DNA of 64,000 nucleotides from Octopus vulgaris. Lineage: Eukaryota. Shown in pieces: positions 25,546 through 38,977 of the stretch (position 1 is its first letter; each line of letters starts with the position of its first letter). The DNA lies in the NCBI GenBank assembly GCA_951406725.2, contig OX597824.1, forward strand, positions 87,048,001-87,112,000, in the 5' to 3' direction. Under the pieces are notes generated by a model. It was not told where the DNA came from. It searched no databases and saw only the letters and a program-made list of their open reading frames with translations. A program made the position numbers and the translations under genes.

Positions 25546-26888
25546 CAACAACAATCCTTTCTATTATATGTACAAAGCCTGATATTTTGGGAACAGAGGC
25601 TATTTGATTACATCGACCTTAGGGATCAGTAGGGTCTTATTTTATCAACCCCGAAAAGATGAAAGGCAAAGTCAACCTTGGCGGAATTTGAACTCAGAAT
25701 GCAAAGATGTAAGAAATGCCACTAAGCAATTTGTCTAATGTGTTAATGATCCTGTCAGCTCATAGCCTTATTTTTATAATAATAATAATAATAATAATCC
25801 TTTCTACTATAGGCACAAGGCCTAAATTTTTTTTTTTTTTTTTTGGGTGGGGGACTACAGTGATCAACTGGTACTTATTTCATTGACCCCAAAAGGATGA
25901 AAGGCAAAGTTGTCCTTGGCGGAAACTGAACACAGAATGTAAGGATGGACAAAATGCTGCTAAGCATTTTGCCCAGAATGCTAACAATTCTGTTAGTTCA
26001 GTTAATAATAATAATGATGATGATGTTAACAACAACAATAGTAATTTCTTATTTAGATTCCAGGCCCAAAATCTTGTAGGAAGAGAATGGTCTATTACAC
26101 GAACCCCAATTTCTGACTGGTATGTATATACCATTGACCCTTAGGGGATGTACAAAGTCGACCTCCACAAGATTTGAACTGATAGCATAAAAGAAGCTCC
26201 CTGTCCTCTTTATTTTATCAACTACAGAACAGAAGGCATTATCTCTAATGTTGTAACAATTCTGCCAGGCCATTACTCTTTTAATAATAACGAGAAAATT
26301 CTACGAGTACATTGAAAGACTACAGCTGTAACTCTCCCTCTCTTTCCCTCTATTGTATATAGAAATAGTTATATGCATGCACGAATACATATTAGTGTAG
26401 TAGACCAGAAGCCAAGACCATGGTTTGAATATTAGCCAAATACTGGCAATCAGAGTCAATGACCTGTTTGTAATCCTACGAAATCGCTTTACTTTGATTA
26501 TATGATGGTAATTTCATTCAATGATAGCATGAACACCACAACTTCCATTTCCCCCTTTCCCACCTCTAAAACCAGTAGATTTATTCATCTATAGATGGAT
26601 ATCACTGTTCATACATGTGTGTGTGTGTGAATGTGCCCTTACAGAATTCTTTTTTTTTTTTTTTTTGCAACAGTGAGTCTTGAAGCATATAAAGCTATAA
26701 TTAGTAACCTGTAAATATTGGGTTAAAAACCATTGGGATGGGAAAAGTCAAAAGCTAGTACAGATGTGAGTTTATGCCCAATGGGTATTATTCTTTACAG
26801 CTTTATCTGCTTTGAGATTCACCATTCTGAGAAGGAAATATTTCACATTCTTCAAGTTTCTAAATTCTTACACACACATATATATGTA

Positions 26889-26934
<46 letters not shown>

Positions 26935-26949
26935 AATACACACACACAT

Positions 26950-27350
26950 ACAGGAGTGGCTGTGTGGTAAATAGCTTGCTTACTAACCACATGGTTCTGG
27001 GTTCAGTCCCACTGCATGGCACCTTGGGCAAGTGTCTTCTACTAAAGCCTCGGGTCGACCAAAGCCTTGTGAGTGGATTTGGTAGATGGAAACTGAAAGA
27101 AGCCCGTTGTATATACATATATGTGTGTGTGTGTGTGTGTATGTTTCTCCCCCCAACATTGCTTGACAACCAATGCTGGTGTGTTTACGTCCCCGTAACT
27201 TCGCATTTCGGCAAAAGAGACTGATAGAATAAGTACTAGGCTTACAGAGAATAAGTCCTGGGGTCGATTTGCTCGACTAAAGGTGGTGCTCCAGCATGGC
27301 ACCAGTCAAATGACTGAAACAAGTAAAAGAGTAAGAGAGAATAAAAGAGC
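26950..27350 (+). mobile_element. SINE family A
   Basis: Full head-to-tail match to the family. Confidence 0.9.
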
Positions 27351-28526
27351 TTATCGGGCAACCTGTATGTTAAATAGATTCTGGAAATTAGTGCCTCTTT
27401 ATAAGAATGGGTAAAATTTATATTATTCAGAAATAAATGTTTCTTATATTGATCTAAGAACCTTTTATGAAAAAAAACCGGAATGAAACAACATTTTTTT
27501 TGACTGGTACACCTGAAGCAGATGTTCGTGTCTATGTACTTTTGTTTTTTTGCCTTGTTAATTCCTTAGTCTTCTTCAACAATTTCCAAATTCCACAATA
27601 ATATGCATGAAAGATGCCAAATGGTCTTTTTAGACAAGATCTTTTGGAAGCATTTTGTACCATTCACCTTAAAATTATTTACTATCAATGAGTCCCAAAC
27701 TGGTCCCCTTTTTTTAAAAATTGCACAGTTACAAGCATGGAAGGCCTTTACATGTCAATGTGCCGGTGACACATAAAATACGATTATATCGACCCCAGTG
27801 CTGTATCTAGCCCAAATATTCTACTCATTTTATGCTCAAACTGGCCAGAACCAGCATCTCACACCTACCCTGCAATGTCATTCTAAAAATAAACAATTAC
27901 ATCTTTCAACTCTTGAAGCTACGAGATAATACCAGATTCATTTTTATAAAATGTAAATAAATAAGGATTACTTTTGATATATTAATCTGAACACTAAAGG
28001 GTTAATCTATCGACCCTGAAAGGATGAAAGGCAAAGTCATAAAAGACGCCTCCTCCACTAGACTCTGTAAAGTGGTTGGTTTTATGAAAGGTATCCAGCT
28101 GTAGAAACCAAGCCAAAATGGACAGCTGGAGCCTGGTGCAGCTCTCCAGCTTACTAGCTCCAGTCAAACTGTCTAACCCATGCCAGCAAGGAAAACGGAT
28201 GTTAAATGATGATGATGATGATTCAACTAAAAGACCAGCTGTTCATATTCCACCTTCAGCACTGATTTAGCCATTAGTAAGACACATAACTCTCTCCCAC
28301 GTGGTAAGACATTTAACTCTTAGCTCTCACCCAGCTGTAAATAGGTAATGCATGGTAGCAACGACTTGCTGCTGTAAGTGGCAGCATTGTCATTAGTTTG
28401 ATGAGGGGTTTCTAGCAGATTTGAGTGCTCACGTAAGAGCATTGTTCTCCTTAATGGTTCATGTTATGACAGTAGTGATGTCTACAATCAGCTGACAGCC
28501 AGAAAAGAATGTTTTTTTCTTCTCAA

Positions 28527-28917
28527 TCTCTCTCTATATATATAAAGCTGAAGTTGTCTGTGTATGGCAGGTTTGGTAGCCTTCAACTAACACTATCTCC
28601 TCCGAGACCCTGCAGCGCAAGCTGACCAAAATTGAGAGTATGATGGAAGAAGGCTTGCTCTTCATTCCGTAGAAGATAAAATTCAAATCGGACCATGTTA
28701 ACACCAAAAATTATTTACATCAAAAAGGTGCTTTTTTTCTATGAAAATCCCTATTTTTTACGATTTTTTGACAGCTGTGTCACCATTTTTCAGTGTATTT
28801 CAACCAGAAAATTGTTCACTTAAAGAGAATAACAAGCTACATAATGCAAAATTTCTACTTTTCAAAAGTTCCAATTCTAAAGGGTCGAAACAAACCCGAG
28901 CAACGCGATATTGCTAG
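28527..28917 (+). mobile_element. Non-autonomous Helitron-type element
   Basis: 5' TC, 3' CTAG, inserted between A and T, with a degenerate subterminal hairpin; near-identical inverted copy at 51092-51478. Confidence 0.75.
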
Positions 28918-29090
28918 TATATTTCTATATTGCTCAACATAGTTATGATGTACCTGATAATTATGACACTTAAAATCAGAGCAGGTAGATGGTTTTTTTA
29001 AGAAAACAACATACATACTGTTGCTAGATGTGCAAAAATAATTAGATCCATATTAATTGGTTGGTGAAAGATAAATTAGAAGAGATAAAT

Positions 29091-29758
29091 TTAACTCTTT
29101 AGCCTTTAAATGCACTGTATCTGGTCCAAATATTCTACCTGCTTTATGTTCAAACCAACCAGATCTAGCCTCTCACACCTAACCTACAATGTCGTTCTAA
29201 AAATAAACAATTAACTTACAGAAACTTTGAAGCTATAGGCAGTGAGCTAGCAGAAACGTTAGCACACTGGGCGAAATGCTTAGCGGTATTTTGTCTGCCG
29301 CTACGTTCTGAGTTCAAATTCTGCCGAGGTCGACTTTGCCTTTCATCCTTTCGGGGTCGATTAAATTAAGTACCAGTTATGCACTGGGGCCAATCTAATC
29401 GACTTAATCCCTTTGTCTGTCATTTTTTGTCCCCTCTGTGTTTAGCTCCTTGTGGGTAGTAAAGAAATAGAAATAGGTATTTCGTCTGCTGCTACGTTCT
29501 GAGTTCAAATTCCGCCGAGGTTGACTTTGCCTTTCATCCTTTTGGGGTCGATAAATTAAGTACCAGTTATGCACTGGGGTCAATCTAATCGACTTAAACC
29601 CTTTGTCTGTCCTTGTTTGTCCCTTCTGTGTTTAGCCCCTTGTGGGTAGTAAAGAAATAAGAAACCTTGAAGCTATAAGGTAATGCATGATCAGTTCAAA
29701 GCAACGTAAATAAATCAACATTTCATTTGTCAGAGTAATTTGAATGCTAAAGGGTTAA
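29091..29758. mobile_element. piggyBac-type MITE P2 interrupted by a SINE-B dimer
   Basis: TTAACTCTTTAGC...GCTAAAGGGTTAA. Insert 29238-29660 is flanked by GAAAC(T/C)TTGAAGCTATA at 29221-29237 and 29661-29677. Confidence 0.8.
29238..29660 (+). mobile_element. SINE family B dimer
   Basis: One head plus two body units joined at AAATAG|GTATTTCGTCTG; 17-bp TSD with one mismatch. Confidence 0.9.
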
Positions 29759-29831
29759 ATATTTAAACTCATATCAATTACTTGGTGAAACTGAAACCTT
29801 CAGCACTTCTCTGTTGTATGTAATGCTTATT

Positions 29832-30172
29832 TATTATCTCCGCCTTCGCAAAGGCGGAAGTATTGTTTTCAGTCATGTTTGTTTGTTTGTTTGTCTGTGG
29901 ACAAGATATCTCAAGAACCACCAAATGGATTTGGATGAAACTTTCAGGATTGTTTGGCCTCATGACTGGCATGAACTGATTAGATTTTGTAATTGATCCA
30001 GTACCGGACAAGGATTAATTTTTGAAAGCGGTCGGGTTCATTCTTAGTTTTCTCGTTTGTGAGAGCAGTCGAGTTTATTTCAGATTCTTATTTTAAAAAA
30101 TCCTCTCCGGCTAATCATTGAGAGGATGTTGGTGTTACCTTTGTGAAGGTTTGCACTCACTGAGTGCTCTTG
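29832..30172 (+). mobile_element. Helentron-associated (HINE/DINE-1-like) non-autonomous element
   Basis: 5' hairpin TCCGCCTT/AAGGCGGA, (GTTT)n, and a 3' palindrome GCACTCA-C-TGAGTGC followed by a T-rich end. Confidence 0.6.
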
Positions 30173-30875
30173 TTTACATTGTTTTCAACACATCATGAAT
30201 TTCCTTGTAGCTTCAAGATTTTTATAGAATGACCTTGTAGGGTAGGTGTGAGATGATGGATCTGGCTAGTTTGAACATAAAAAAAGGGGGAGGGTATTTG
30301 GTTCGGATATGGCTGGTTTAAATCAAGGAACGTAGATTGTTTCCTAAGAGAGCATACATTACTACTGCTAGATATGCAAAAATATTTAAATCCATATAAA
30401 TCAGTTGGTGAAAACAGTTCGTGAGCAGAAAATGTGATGTGGCACTCTGCCCATAACCCTGCTTCCAGAGGTACCACAGTCTGATGGATCATAAGATAGA
30501 TTGCACCTCAGAACTTCATAGACTGTTATCAAGGTATGATAAAAGTACGCCAACATATTTGTGTTGTTTGTCTTTGTTTTTTTCTTTTTCAATGTCACAA
30601 CATGAAAACAGAATGTAATGTATTACATAAAAATCTTACTCATCCATTCCTTTATTAGTATACAAGAATCAAGTTTGTACACACAATACAAAGAAAGTTA
30701 TAGCAGTTTTAAAAAAACAATAGGTGCTCAGGTTTTTTGCTTCCTCAAAAAACAAAAAAGTGCATTGGCAGGGGAAACAATTCTAGGAGCAAATCAGTGT
30801 ACTAAAGGTTAATCAATCAATCAATCGTTCAATCAATCACTCATTCAATCAATCAATCAATATGACAGAGTAGAT

Positions 30876-31110
30876 GTGTGGTGAACTGGCAGAATCATTA
30901 GCATGCAGGGCAAAATGCTTAGCGGTATTTCGTATGCCATTACATTCTGAGTTCAAATTCTGCCGAGGTCGACTTTACCCTTCATCCTTTCGGGGTCAAT
31001 TATATAAGTACCAGTTACACACTGGGATTGACGTAATCAACTTAGTCCTTTTGTCTGCCCTTGTTCGTCCCCTCTATTTTTAGCCCCCTGTGGGCAACAA
31101 AGAAATAAAT
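30876..31110 (+). mobile_element. SINE family B
   Basis: Family match. Confidence 0.85.
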
Positions 31111-31147
31111 ACGACAGATTAGAATAATCCACCAATTAGTAAAATTA

Positions 31148-31532
31148 CTCTTTTATCTCTTTTACTCATTTCAGTCATTTGACTGTGGCTGTGCTGGAGC
31201 ACCACCTTTAGATGAGCAAATCGACCCCAGAACTTATTCTTTGTAAGCCTAGTACTTATTCTATCGGTCTCTTTTGCTGAACTGCTAAGTTACGGGAACG
31301 TAAACACACCAGCATTGGTTGTCAAGCGATGTTGGGGGGGACAAACAAACATATACACATACATACATATATACGATGGGCTTCTTTCAGTTTCTGTCTA
31401 CCAAATCCACTCACAAGGCTTTGGTCGGCCCAAGGCTATAGTAGAAGACACTTATCCAAGGTGCCATGCAGTGGGACTGAACCCAGAACCATGTGGTTGG
31501 TAAGCAAGCTACTTACCACACAACCACTCCCT
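31148..31532 (-). mobile_element. SINE family A
   Basis: Family match. Confidence 0.9.
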
Positions 31533-31779
31533 TACTCTAGACAAAATTTCAAACACTAACCTATATGCTAGCAAAAGCCATGTGTTGTATATGAAGCAAG
31601 GGTGTGTGTCAATGAACTTATATCCAAGCTGGAATTTTATGCAGATATTCAGGCAGATATTAACCTACACAGCTATTGGTGAATAAGGCCCAAGAAGATT
31701 ACCAATATCCTTTCAAGCTAATATTCACCTGAATACCAACATGAAAATTTGTGGAGTTAACGTTATGAATTACCAAAAT

Positions 31780-31820
<41 letters not shown>

Positions 31821-33508
31821 ACTCTATATAAATAATTTTTTATCCTTTACTGGTTTCAGTCATTGGATTGCAGCCATGCCTTGAAGAGTTTAGTCAAATG
31901 AATTGACCTCAATACTTTCTTCTTTTTTTTTTTTTAAAAAGTTCTGGCACTTATTCTATCAGTCTCTTTCTGCCAAACTGCTAAGTTACAAGGACATAAA
32001 CAAACCAACACCAGTTATCAAGTAACAATGGGGGGGGACATAATACACAACTACAAAGACAAACATATACATACATATACACATAAACACACACACACAA
32101 ATACATATATATACACATATACATGTATATATATATATATATATATACACATACACACACACATATATATACACACACGCATATATATATATACACACAC
32201 ACACATATATATATAAATACATACACATACACATGTGTGTGTGTATGTTGATGGGCTTCTACACAGTTTCTATCTACTAAATTCACTCACAAAGTATTGG
32301 TTGGCCCAGGTGTCTCGCAGAAGATATTTGCCCAATGTGCTGTGAAGTGGGATCGAACTTAAAATCACATGCTTGCAAAGGAAGCTTCTTAACCACACAG
32401 CCATGCCTGCACCTACAACCATGTGTGCACGCGCGCACATGCGTACGACACTCCATATGAGTAATAAAGGAAGTTTCTATAGTCTTAACATATTTGTGCG
32501 TAAAACTGCAAAAAAAACCCACACATGCAAACGCATCGCGTAGACACAAGGAATTTTTCTACATCCTACATATAAATTAGATTAGAAATTAATCATCCCA
32601 TAAGCAGGGGGGATACCAATCTATCACACATCAAATTCTTAAGCACATTCCACAGCACCAAACTTTAACAGCCAGCTTAAAACTGAAGACTATATACAAT
32701 TATTAACTTGCTTTCGATATGAAATGAAATACCCCACAAAGCCACGAAAACGGAGCAGAATTTTGTTAATGACTCAGCTATTCTTATCACTGTAATTATT
32801 CTATAGTTTTATGTGTGCATGGCCACATGAATATGTGTGCATTTGCACCTAAACTGTAGAAAGAAGATGCTTTATAGCCTCCAGTTATTTCTGCAATATT
32901 TTTGCTTTAAAATACGAAAAAAAAAAAAAAAAGACCCAAAAAACAAAAATGCTATAAGAATTTCACTATTCAGTATTCGTGCATGGTGAAAAATGTTTCT
33001 TATTTTCTTTTTTGTTTTTTTTTTCACTGATAAAATAGTATTATCAAAGGATTTCAGATTTCAAGAAATATTTGATGAATTTTTTTTTCTTTTTGAATTT
33101 TATTTGGAAAAAATTAGAAAATGATAATAAAATTTAATTGATTTACTGTTTGAAAGGATGCATAAAATAAATCTTATCTTTGGAGGATTTATTACAAAAA
33201 AAAAAAAACTTTCATTATTTCAACTTAAATACTCTATAGTTATAACATTTTCAGAATATATATATATATATATATACATAAACATATATATGTATGTATG
33301 TGTACACACACACATATCATTTAATGTTTGTTTTCCATGACGGCATGGGTTAGACTAAAATGCAATGAGTGTGTGCATATTATATATATACATATATATG
33401 TATATTTGTATGTGTATATATATATACACACACACGCATATACCATTTCTTAGGATGACTACTACAACCTAAAGTGTTCAGAACAACACATTCGAGTTGG
33501 ATGTGCAA

Positions 33509-33550
<42 letters not shown>

Positions 33551-33551
<1 letters not shown>

Positions 33552-33744
33552 CACATATAAGAGGGATGACCACTAAGTGGACATCCATTATGCTAGAAGT
33601 CGACCCTCTATGGTCTTACCACTAAGAAAGGAATGTTCTCAAGAAAACGTTTTCCTGAGAACATTCCTTAGTGGTAAGACCAAAGGGGGTTGACTTCTAG
33701 CATATGGATATCCACTTCGTGGATATCCCCCTTATATGTATGTA
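33551..33744. repeat. Spacerless imperfect palindrome (about 95-bp arms) in a (TA)n context, MITE-like
   Basis: Centre AAAACGTTTT at 33644-33653; arms such as CTTACCACTAAG/CTTAGTGGTAAG and TGCTAGAAGTC/GACTTCTAGCA. Confidence 0.8.
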
Positions 33745-34234
33745 ATACAATTTTTCTGAATCTTCAGATTTTAATATGCTAAACCACTGGTTTTAAATTG
33801 AAATTAATCAAATTAATATTCAATTCTTCACCCTTATTTTTTTAAAATTTATATATATATATTCAAAGAAATCCCAACTCTGTTTTTTTATGTTTTATTT
33901 ATATTCTTTATAATATTAATGTAGAATATAGAATATATAGTATAAAAAGTATATATAGTATAATGAAATGAAGTATTGATTGTCTTTTTGAATAGATGAA
34001 ATATCGAAAATCAATATACACACACACACACATATTATATATATATACATACACACATACACATATATATATATATATATATATACCGGAGTAAACACAT
34101 AAATGTGAAACAAGGTGGAAAAAAAAAGAGTACTCAAATACCAGGGGTAGAGTAATATGCTTTATTTAAAAGCAGCAGAAATTCAACAAAACCTGTTACT
34201 CGGAGTTTCACGTTCCCTGCTGCTTTTAAATAAA

Positions 34235-34273
<39 letters not shown>

Positions 34274-35867
34274 GACACACACACTCACAACAATAATCAA
34301 ATTTTGAGGCTGAAGATATAGGAAGTTTTGTGTGCTCGCAAAAAGAATAAAGACATACCACAAGAAACTACACCTGTCCGTTCATACATAACAAATTGCT
34401 AATAAATTCATACAACATTAATATAGTGAGAAGTGAATCATATAAGATTGAAGATTGTTATCTGCTGTGTTTAAGAGAGTCTAAGTTAATAATGAATAGC
34501 AAACATTTATGAAAGCAGAAACGAAGAAGCAGAAACTAGTATAAAACCGCACTGAAGCAGAAAACAAGTTTCATAAGGAACATAGTACCTTTCGTTTGAG
34601 GAAGATCGGGAATTTTAGGCATATTCCTTTAAGAAGATATGGAATAGAATAAGAAAGTCTTGCTATATTATATATGTTTATATATAATATAAAACAGCCC
34701 CGGGTGAGGTTTGTTTTCTTCTGCGTTGGTTTTGTATATAGACCAGGTAGAGATGTGTTGGAAGTTAATGTCTGAAATACCTTTGCAGAGTTCTTGCACG
34801 CCCCATAACTAAGACTGCCTGTGAGTGATGGAGTTAGTTGTAGGTGGATAGAAAAATAAAAGAAAACAAAAAAAGAAAAAAGAAAAAGAAAAAGAAAAAA
34901 AAAGAAGAAATATGTAGAGATAGTGAAAGCTTTTCAGGGTGGATGGGAAGTGTGATGTGTGCTTGTTTAGATCCAGTAGCTGACTTAACCAATTCTAGTC
35001 TATAACTTATAACTGCTGCTGAAACTGCCCCCAAGGAAAAAAAAAAGAAACGAAAAAAAAAATGAAATGAAATAAAAAAAAAAAAAATAAGTAAAATACC
35101 TACCAAGTTTACTATAGAATAGAAAAGAAATGTGTGTGAAGTAGATCAGTTTTCTTCAACCCATTAAAATATTTTAGTTCGAAAAGAAAGAAGAAAAATG
35201 AAAAATGTGACCTCTTCGCTCCTCCTTAAATCTTAGGGTATAGCTTAATTCAAAATATAAAGAGACAGACACAGGCTTGGCTGGGTGGTTAAGAAACTTG
35301 TTTTGCAGTCATGTGGTTTTGGGTTCAATTTCACTTGGGGTAATTAGCTTAATTCAAAATATAAAGAGACAGACATAGGCTTGGCTGTGTGGTTAAGAAA
35401 CTTGCTTTGCAGCCATGTGATTTCAGGTTCAGTTTCACTGTACAGCACCTAGGGCATGTCTTACAATATAACCCTGGGCTGACCAATGCCTTGTGCGTGA
35501 ACCTGATAGAAACTGATAGGAAGGTGGCAAGCTGGCAGAAACGTTAGCACGCCGGCGAAATGCTTAGTAGTATTTTGTCTGCTGCTACGTTCTGAGTTCA
35601 AATTCTGCTGAGGTCGACTTTGCCTTTCATCCTTTTGGGGTCGATTATATAAGTATCAGTTACGCACTGGGGTTGATGTAATCGACTTAATCCGTTTGTC
35701 TGTCCTTGTTTGTCCCCTCTGTGTTTAGAATAAAATAATAATTGAAGGGTCCATAGATGGAAAATGGTTGAGAACCACAGGTCTAAAACAAAATGATATG
35801 GAATTAAGTCCCTATTTTCCCATTCGAGACATTCTTCAAATACCATATTTTATTAATTCTTTTCTTG

Positions 35868-36258
35868 TACTCTTTTACTTGTTTCAGTCATTTGACTGCA
35901 GCCATGCTGGAGCACTGCTTTTAGTCGAGTAAATCGACCCCAGGACTTATTCTTTGTAAGCCTAATAATTATTCTATCGATATCCTTTGCTGAACTGCTA
36001 AGTTATGGGAATGTAAATACACCAGCATCGGTTGTCAAGCGATGGTGAGGGGTACAAACACAGACACACAAACATACACACACACACACATATATATATA
36101 CATACATACAACGGGCTTCTTTCAGTTTCTGTCTACTAAATCCACTCACAAGGCTTTGGTCAGCCTGAGGCTATAGTAGAAGACAGTTGTGCAAGGTGCC
36201 ATGCAGTGGGACTGAACCTGGAATCATGTGGTTGGTAGGCAAGCTATTTACCACACAC
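35868..36258 (-). mobile_element. SINE family A
   Basis: Family match. Confidence 0.9.
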
Positions 36259-37352
36259 CCACTGATACTGTTCATTTAGTCAAAATGAGAGAAAAACTAA
36301 ATAATTTTTCAGACATGATTAGAGAGGATTACCAAAAGCACAGAAATGGACAAAAGCTGATTTATTATATTACATGTTTATTTTATATCATATCCTTTCA
36401 CTTGTTTCATTCATTGGACTACAGCCATGCTGGGGCACCAACTTGAAGGGTTTTTGTAGAACAGATTGGCTCCAGTACTGGCTTTTGTTTGAAGTCCAAT
36501 TACTTATTCTATCAGACTCTTTTGTCAAATTGCTAAGTTACCAGGATGTAAACAAACTAACACTGGTTGTCAAGTGGTATGTGTGTGTGTGACAAATACA
36601 AATATACATGATGGGCTTCCACACAGTTTTCATCAACCAAATTCACTTACAAGGCATTGATCAGCTGGGAGGTAGAGGCTGCTGCGAGAGAAGACACTTG
36701 CCCAAGGTGCTGCACAGAGGGACTGAACCTGAAACCACGTGGTCGCAAAGTGAGTTTGTTAACTACATAGCCATGGCTGCACCTATTTCTGTAAATAATT
36801 TGCTAAATTTTTGCTGCAGGTGAGTAGGGAATATACAGGTACCAAAGGAATGTTTAACAATATAAAAAATAAAACTAAATAGAAAAAAAAAAAAAAATAT
36901 ATATATATATAAAGGAATGTTTAAGAAAATATGTGGTGCATTCTTTGAGGAGAGAAATATATGAAAGAATGGGTAGGTAGATTGACAACAGTGTGATGGT
37001 TTTCACAGGGAGAGGGCCAAGTGTTCTGAGGAGAAAAGACAATCGTGATAACAGCTAGAAAATGACTCTAAAGCAAATTGCTGCCCAACGTACATGAAGT
37101 CGAAAAATAGCTTTTTAATTGATTATTCAGCAAAAGTGAGTTTAACCTTTTGGCGTACAAGTTCCTCTGTCAAGTGTAATTCTTATTTATTCACACTGTT
37201 TCGAATTAAATGTGCATTACTCCAAGGCTTCGAGATTTCGTGCTGGTGCCATGTTAAAAGCACTGGTGTTGGTGCCATATAAAAAGCACCCAGTACACTC
37301 TGTAAAGTGGTTGGCATTAGGAAGGGTATCAAGCCGTAGAAACCAAACCAAA

Positions 37353-37770
37353 AGGTGGCCAGCTGGCAGAATCGTTAGCACACCAGGTGAAATGCTTAGC
37401 TGTTATTCGTCAGCTGTTACATTCTGAGTTCAAATTCTGCCGAGGTCGACTTTGCCTTTCATCCTTTCGGGGTCAATTAAATAAGTACCAGTTATGCACT
37501 GAAGTCGACATAATCGACTTAATCCGTTTGTCTGTCCTTGTTTGTCCCTTCTGTGTTTAGCCCCTAGTGGGTAGTAAAGAAATAGGTATTTTGTCTGCCG
37601 CTACGTTTTGAGTTCAAATTCCACCAAAGTCAACTTTGTCTTTCATCCTTTCGGGGTCGATAAATTAAGTACCAGTTACGCACTGGGGTCGATATAATCG
37701 ACTTAATCTGTTTGTCTGTCCTTGTTTGTCCCTTCCATGTTTAGCCCTTTGTGGGCAATAAAGAAATAAG
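37353..37770 (+). mobile_element. SINE family B dimer inserted into a family-C fragment
   Basis: Two B units. Family C (37240-37350) resumes after 37770, and AGAAACCAAACCAAAA flanks both sides. Confidence 0.85.
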
Positions 37771-38215
37771 AAACCAAACCAAAACAGACCATGGGGCCCG
37801 GTGCAGCTCCCAGTTTTACAAGCTCCTGTCAAACCATCCATCCTTTGCCAGTATGGAAGATGCACACTAAATGATGATAATATGATTGTTTATTTTTAGA
37901 ATGACATTGCAGGTTAGGTGTGAGAGGTTGGATATGGCTGGTGTGAACATAGAATGGGGAGAATATTTGGGGCTAGGATGTTGAAATTTTTAGACAAGAT
38001 GGCAAAGGACCACGATATCTGTTGCCTTGCTGTACTCAAGAACACCCGTGCTCCACAGCAGAACTGTTAAGGCTGCCCCCCGCCAGGAATAGGATTGGCC
38101 TGCAAGAATCCTATGCCAGTGTCATGTACTAAGCACCCGTGCCGGTGTCATGTGAGAGACATTCATGCCAGTGCCACATAAAAGCACCTGACATACTCAG
38201 TAAAGTGGTTGGTGT

Positions 38216-38594
38216 TAAGTTAAGTTAAGTTTTTGGCTCAAAAAGCAAAAAGCAAGGCCATGTAGGGGGACATGGAGTTATGTACAGGGAGGGTGTTCAT
38301 GCAAAGAGTTCAGGCCATTTCTGGTCAAGAGAGACTTTGAACCGAGCGGTCGTCGGCATCTTCACTATCTCGTCCGGCAGCTTATTCCACGGATCCGCAA
38401 CCTGGACGGAGAAAGCCCCATTCCCTCAATTGAGATGAAATCGTCGCAGATAGAGCTTTTCGGAGTGACCCCACAGCCGACGCTCTGGAGCAGGAGTGAA
38501 GAACAGCTCTTTCGAGAGGTTACACTTTCTGCTTATGATGTTGTGAGCAAGAATGAGATCACCACGGCGGCGGCGTTTTTCTAGAGAATAAAGG
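38216..38594 (-). mobile_element. CR1-clade LINE 3' end
   Basis: LYSLEKRRRRGDLILAHNII...GHSEKLYL...AFSVQVADPWNKLPDEIVKMPTTARFKVSLDQKW, followed by a (TTAAC)n tail. Confidence 0.85.
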
Positions 38595-38977
38595 GTACCC
38601 AGCCATAGAAACTGTGCCAGATCAGACTGGAGTCAGGTGCAGTTCTTGGACAACTGACGTTAAATGATGATGATGGTGATGGCTGGTTTAAACACTAAAG
38701 GGTTAAAGTACTATTCTATAAAAAACTAAAATAAAAGTAATAATAATAATCATTATCTTTGAGCTGTCTTATCTTTATTTATTTTGTCTTACTTGTTTCA
38801 GTCATTGGATTGTGGCCATGCTGGGGCACTACCTTGAAGGGTTTAGTCAAACAAATCAACCCCAGGTATTGGTCTCCTTTTCTAGACCGCTAAGTCACAA
38901 GGACACAAGCAAATCAACGCCAGTTGTCAAGTAGAGATGGTGAGGCCCAAACACAAAGACAGACACAAAGACATGAT

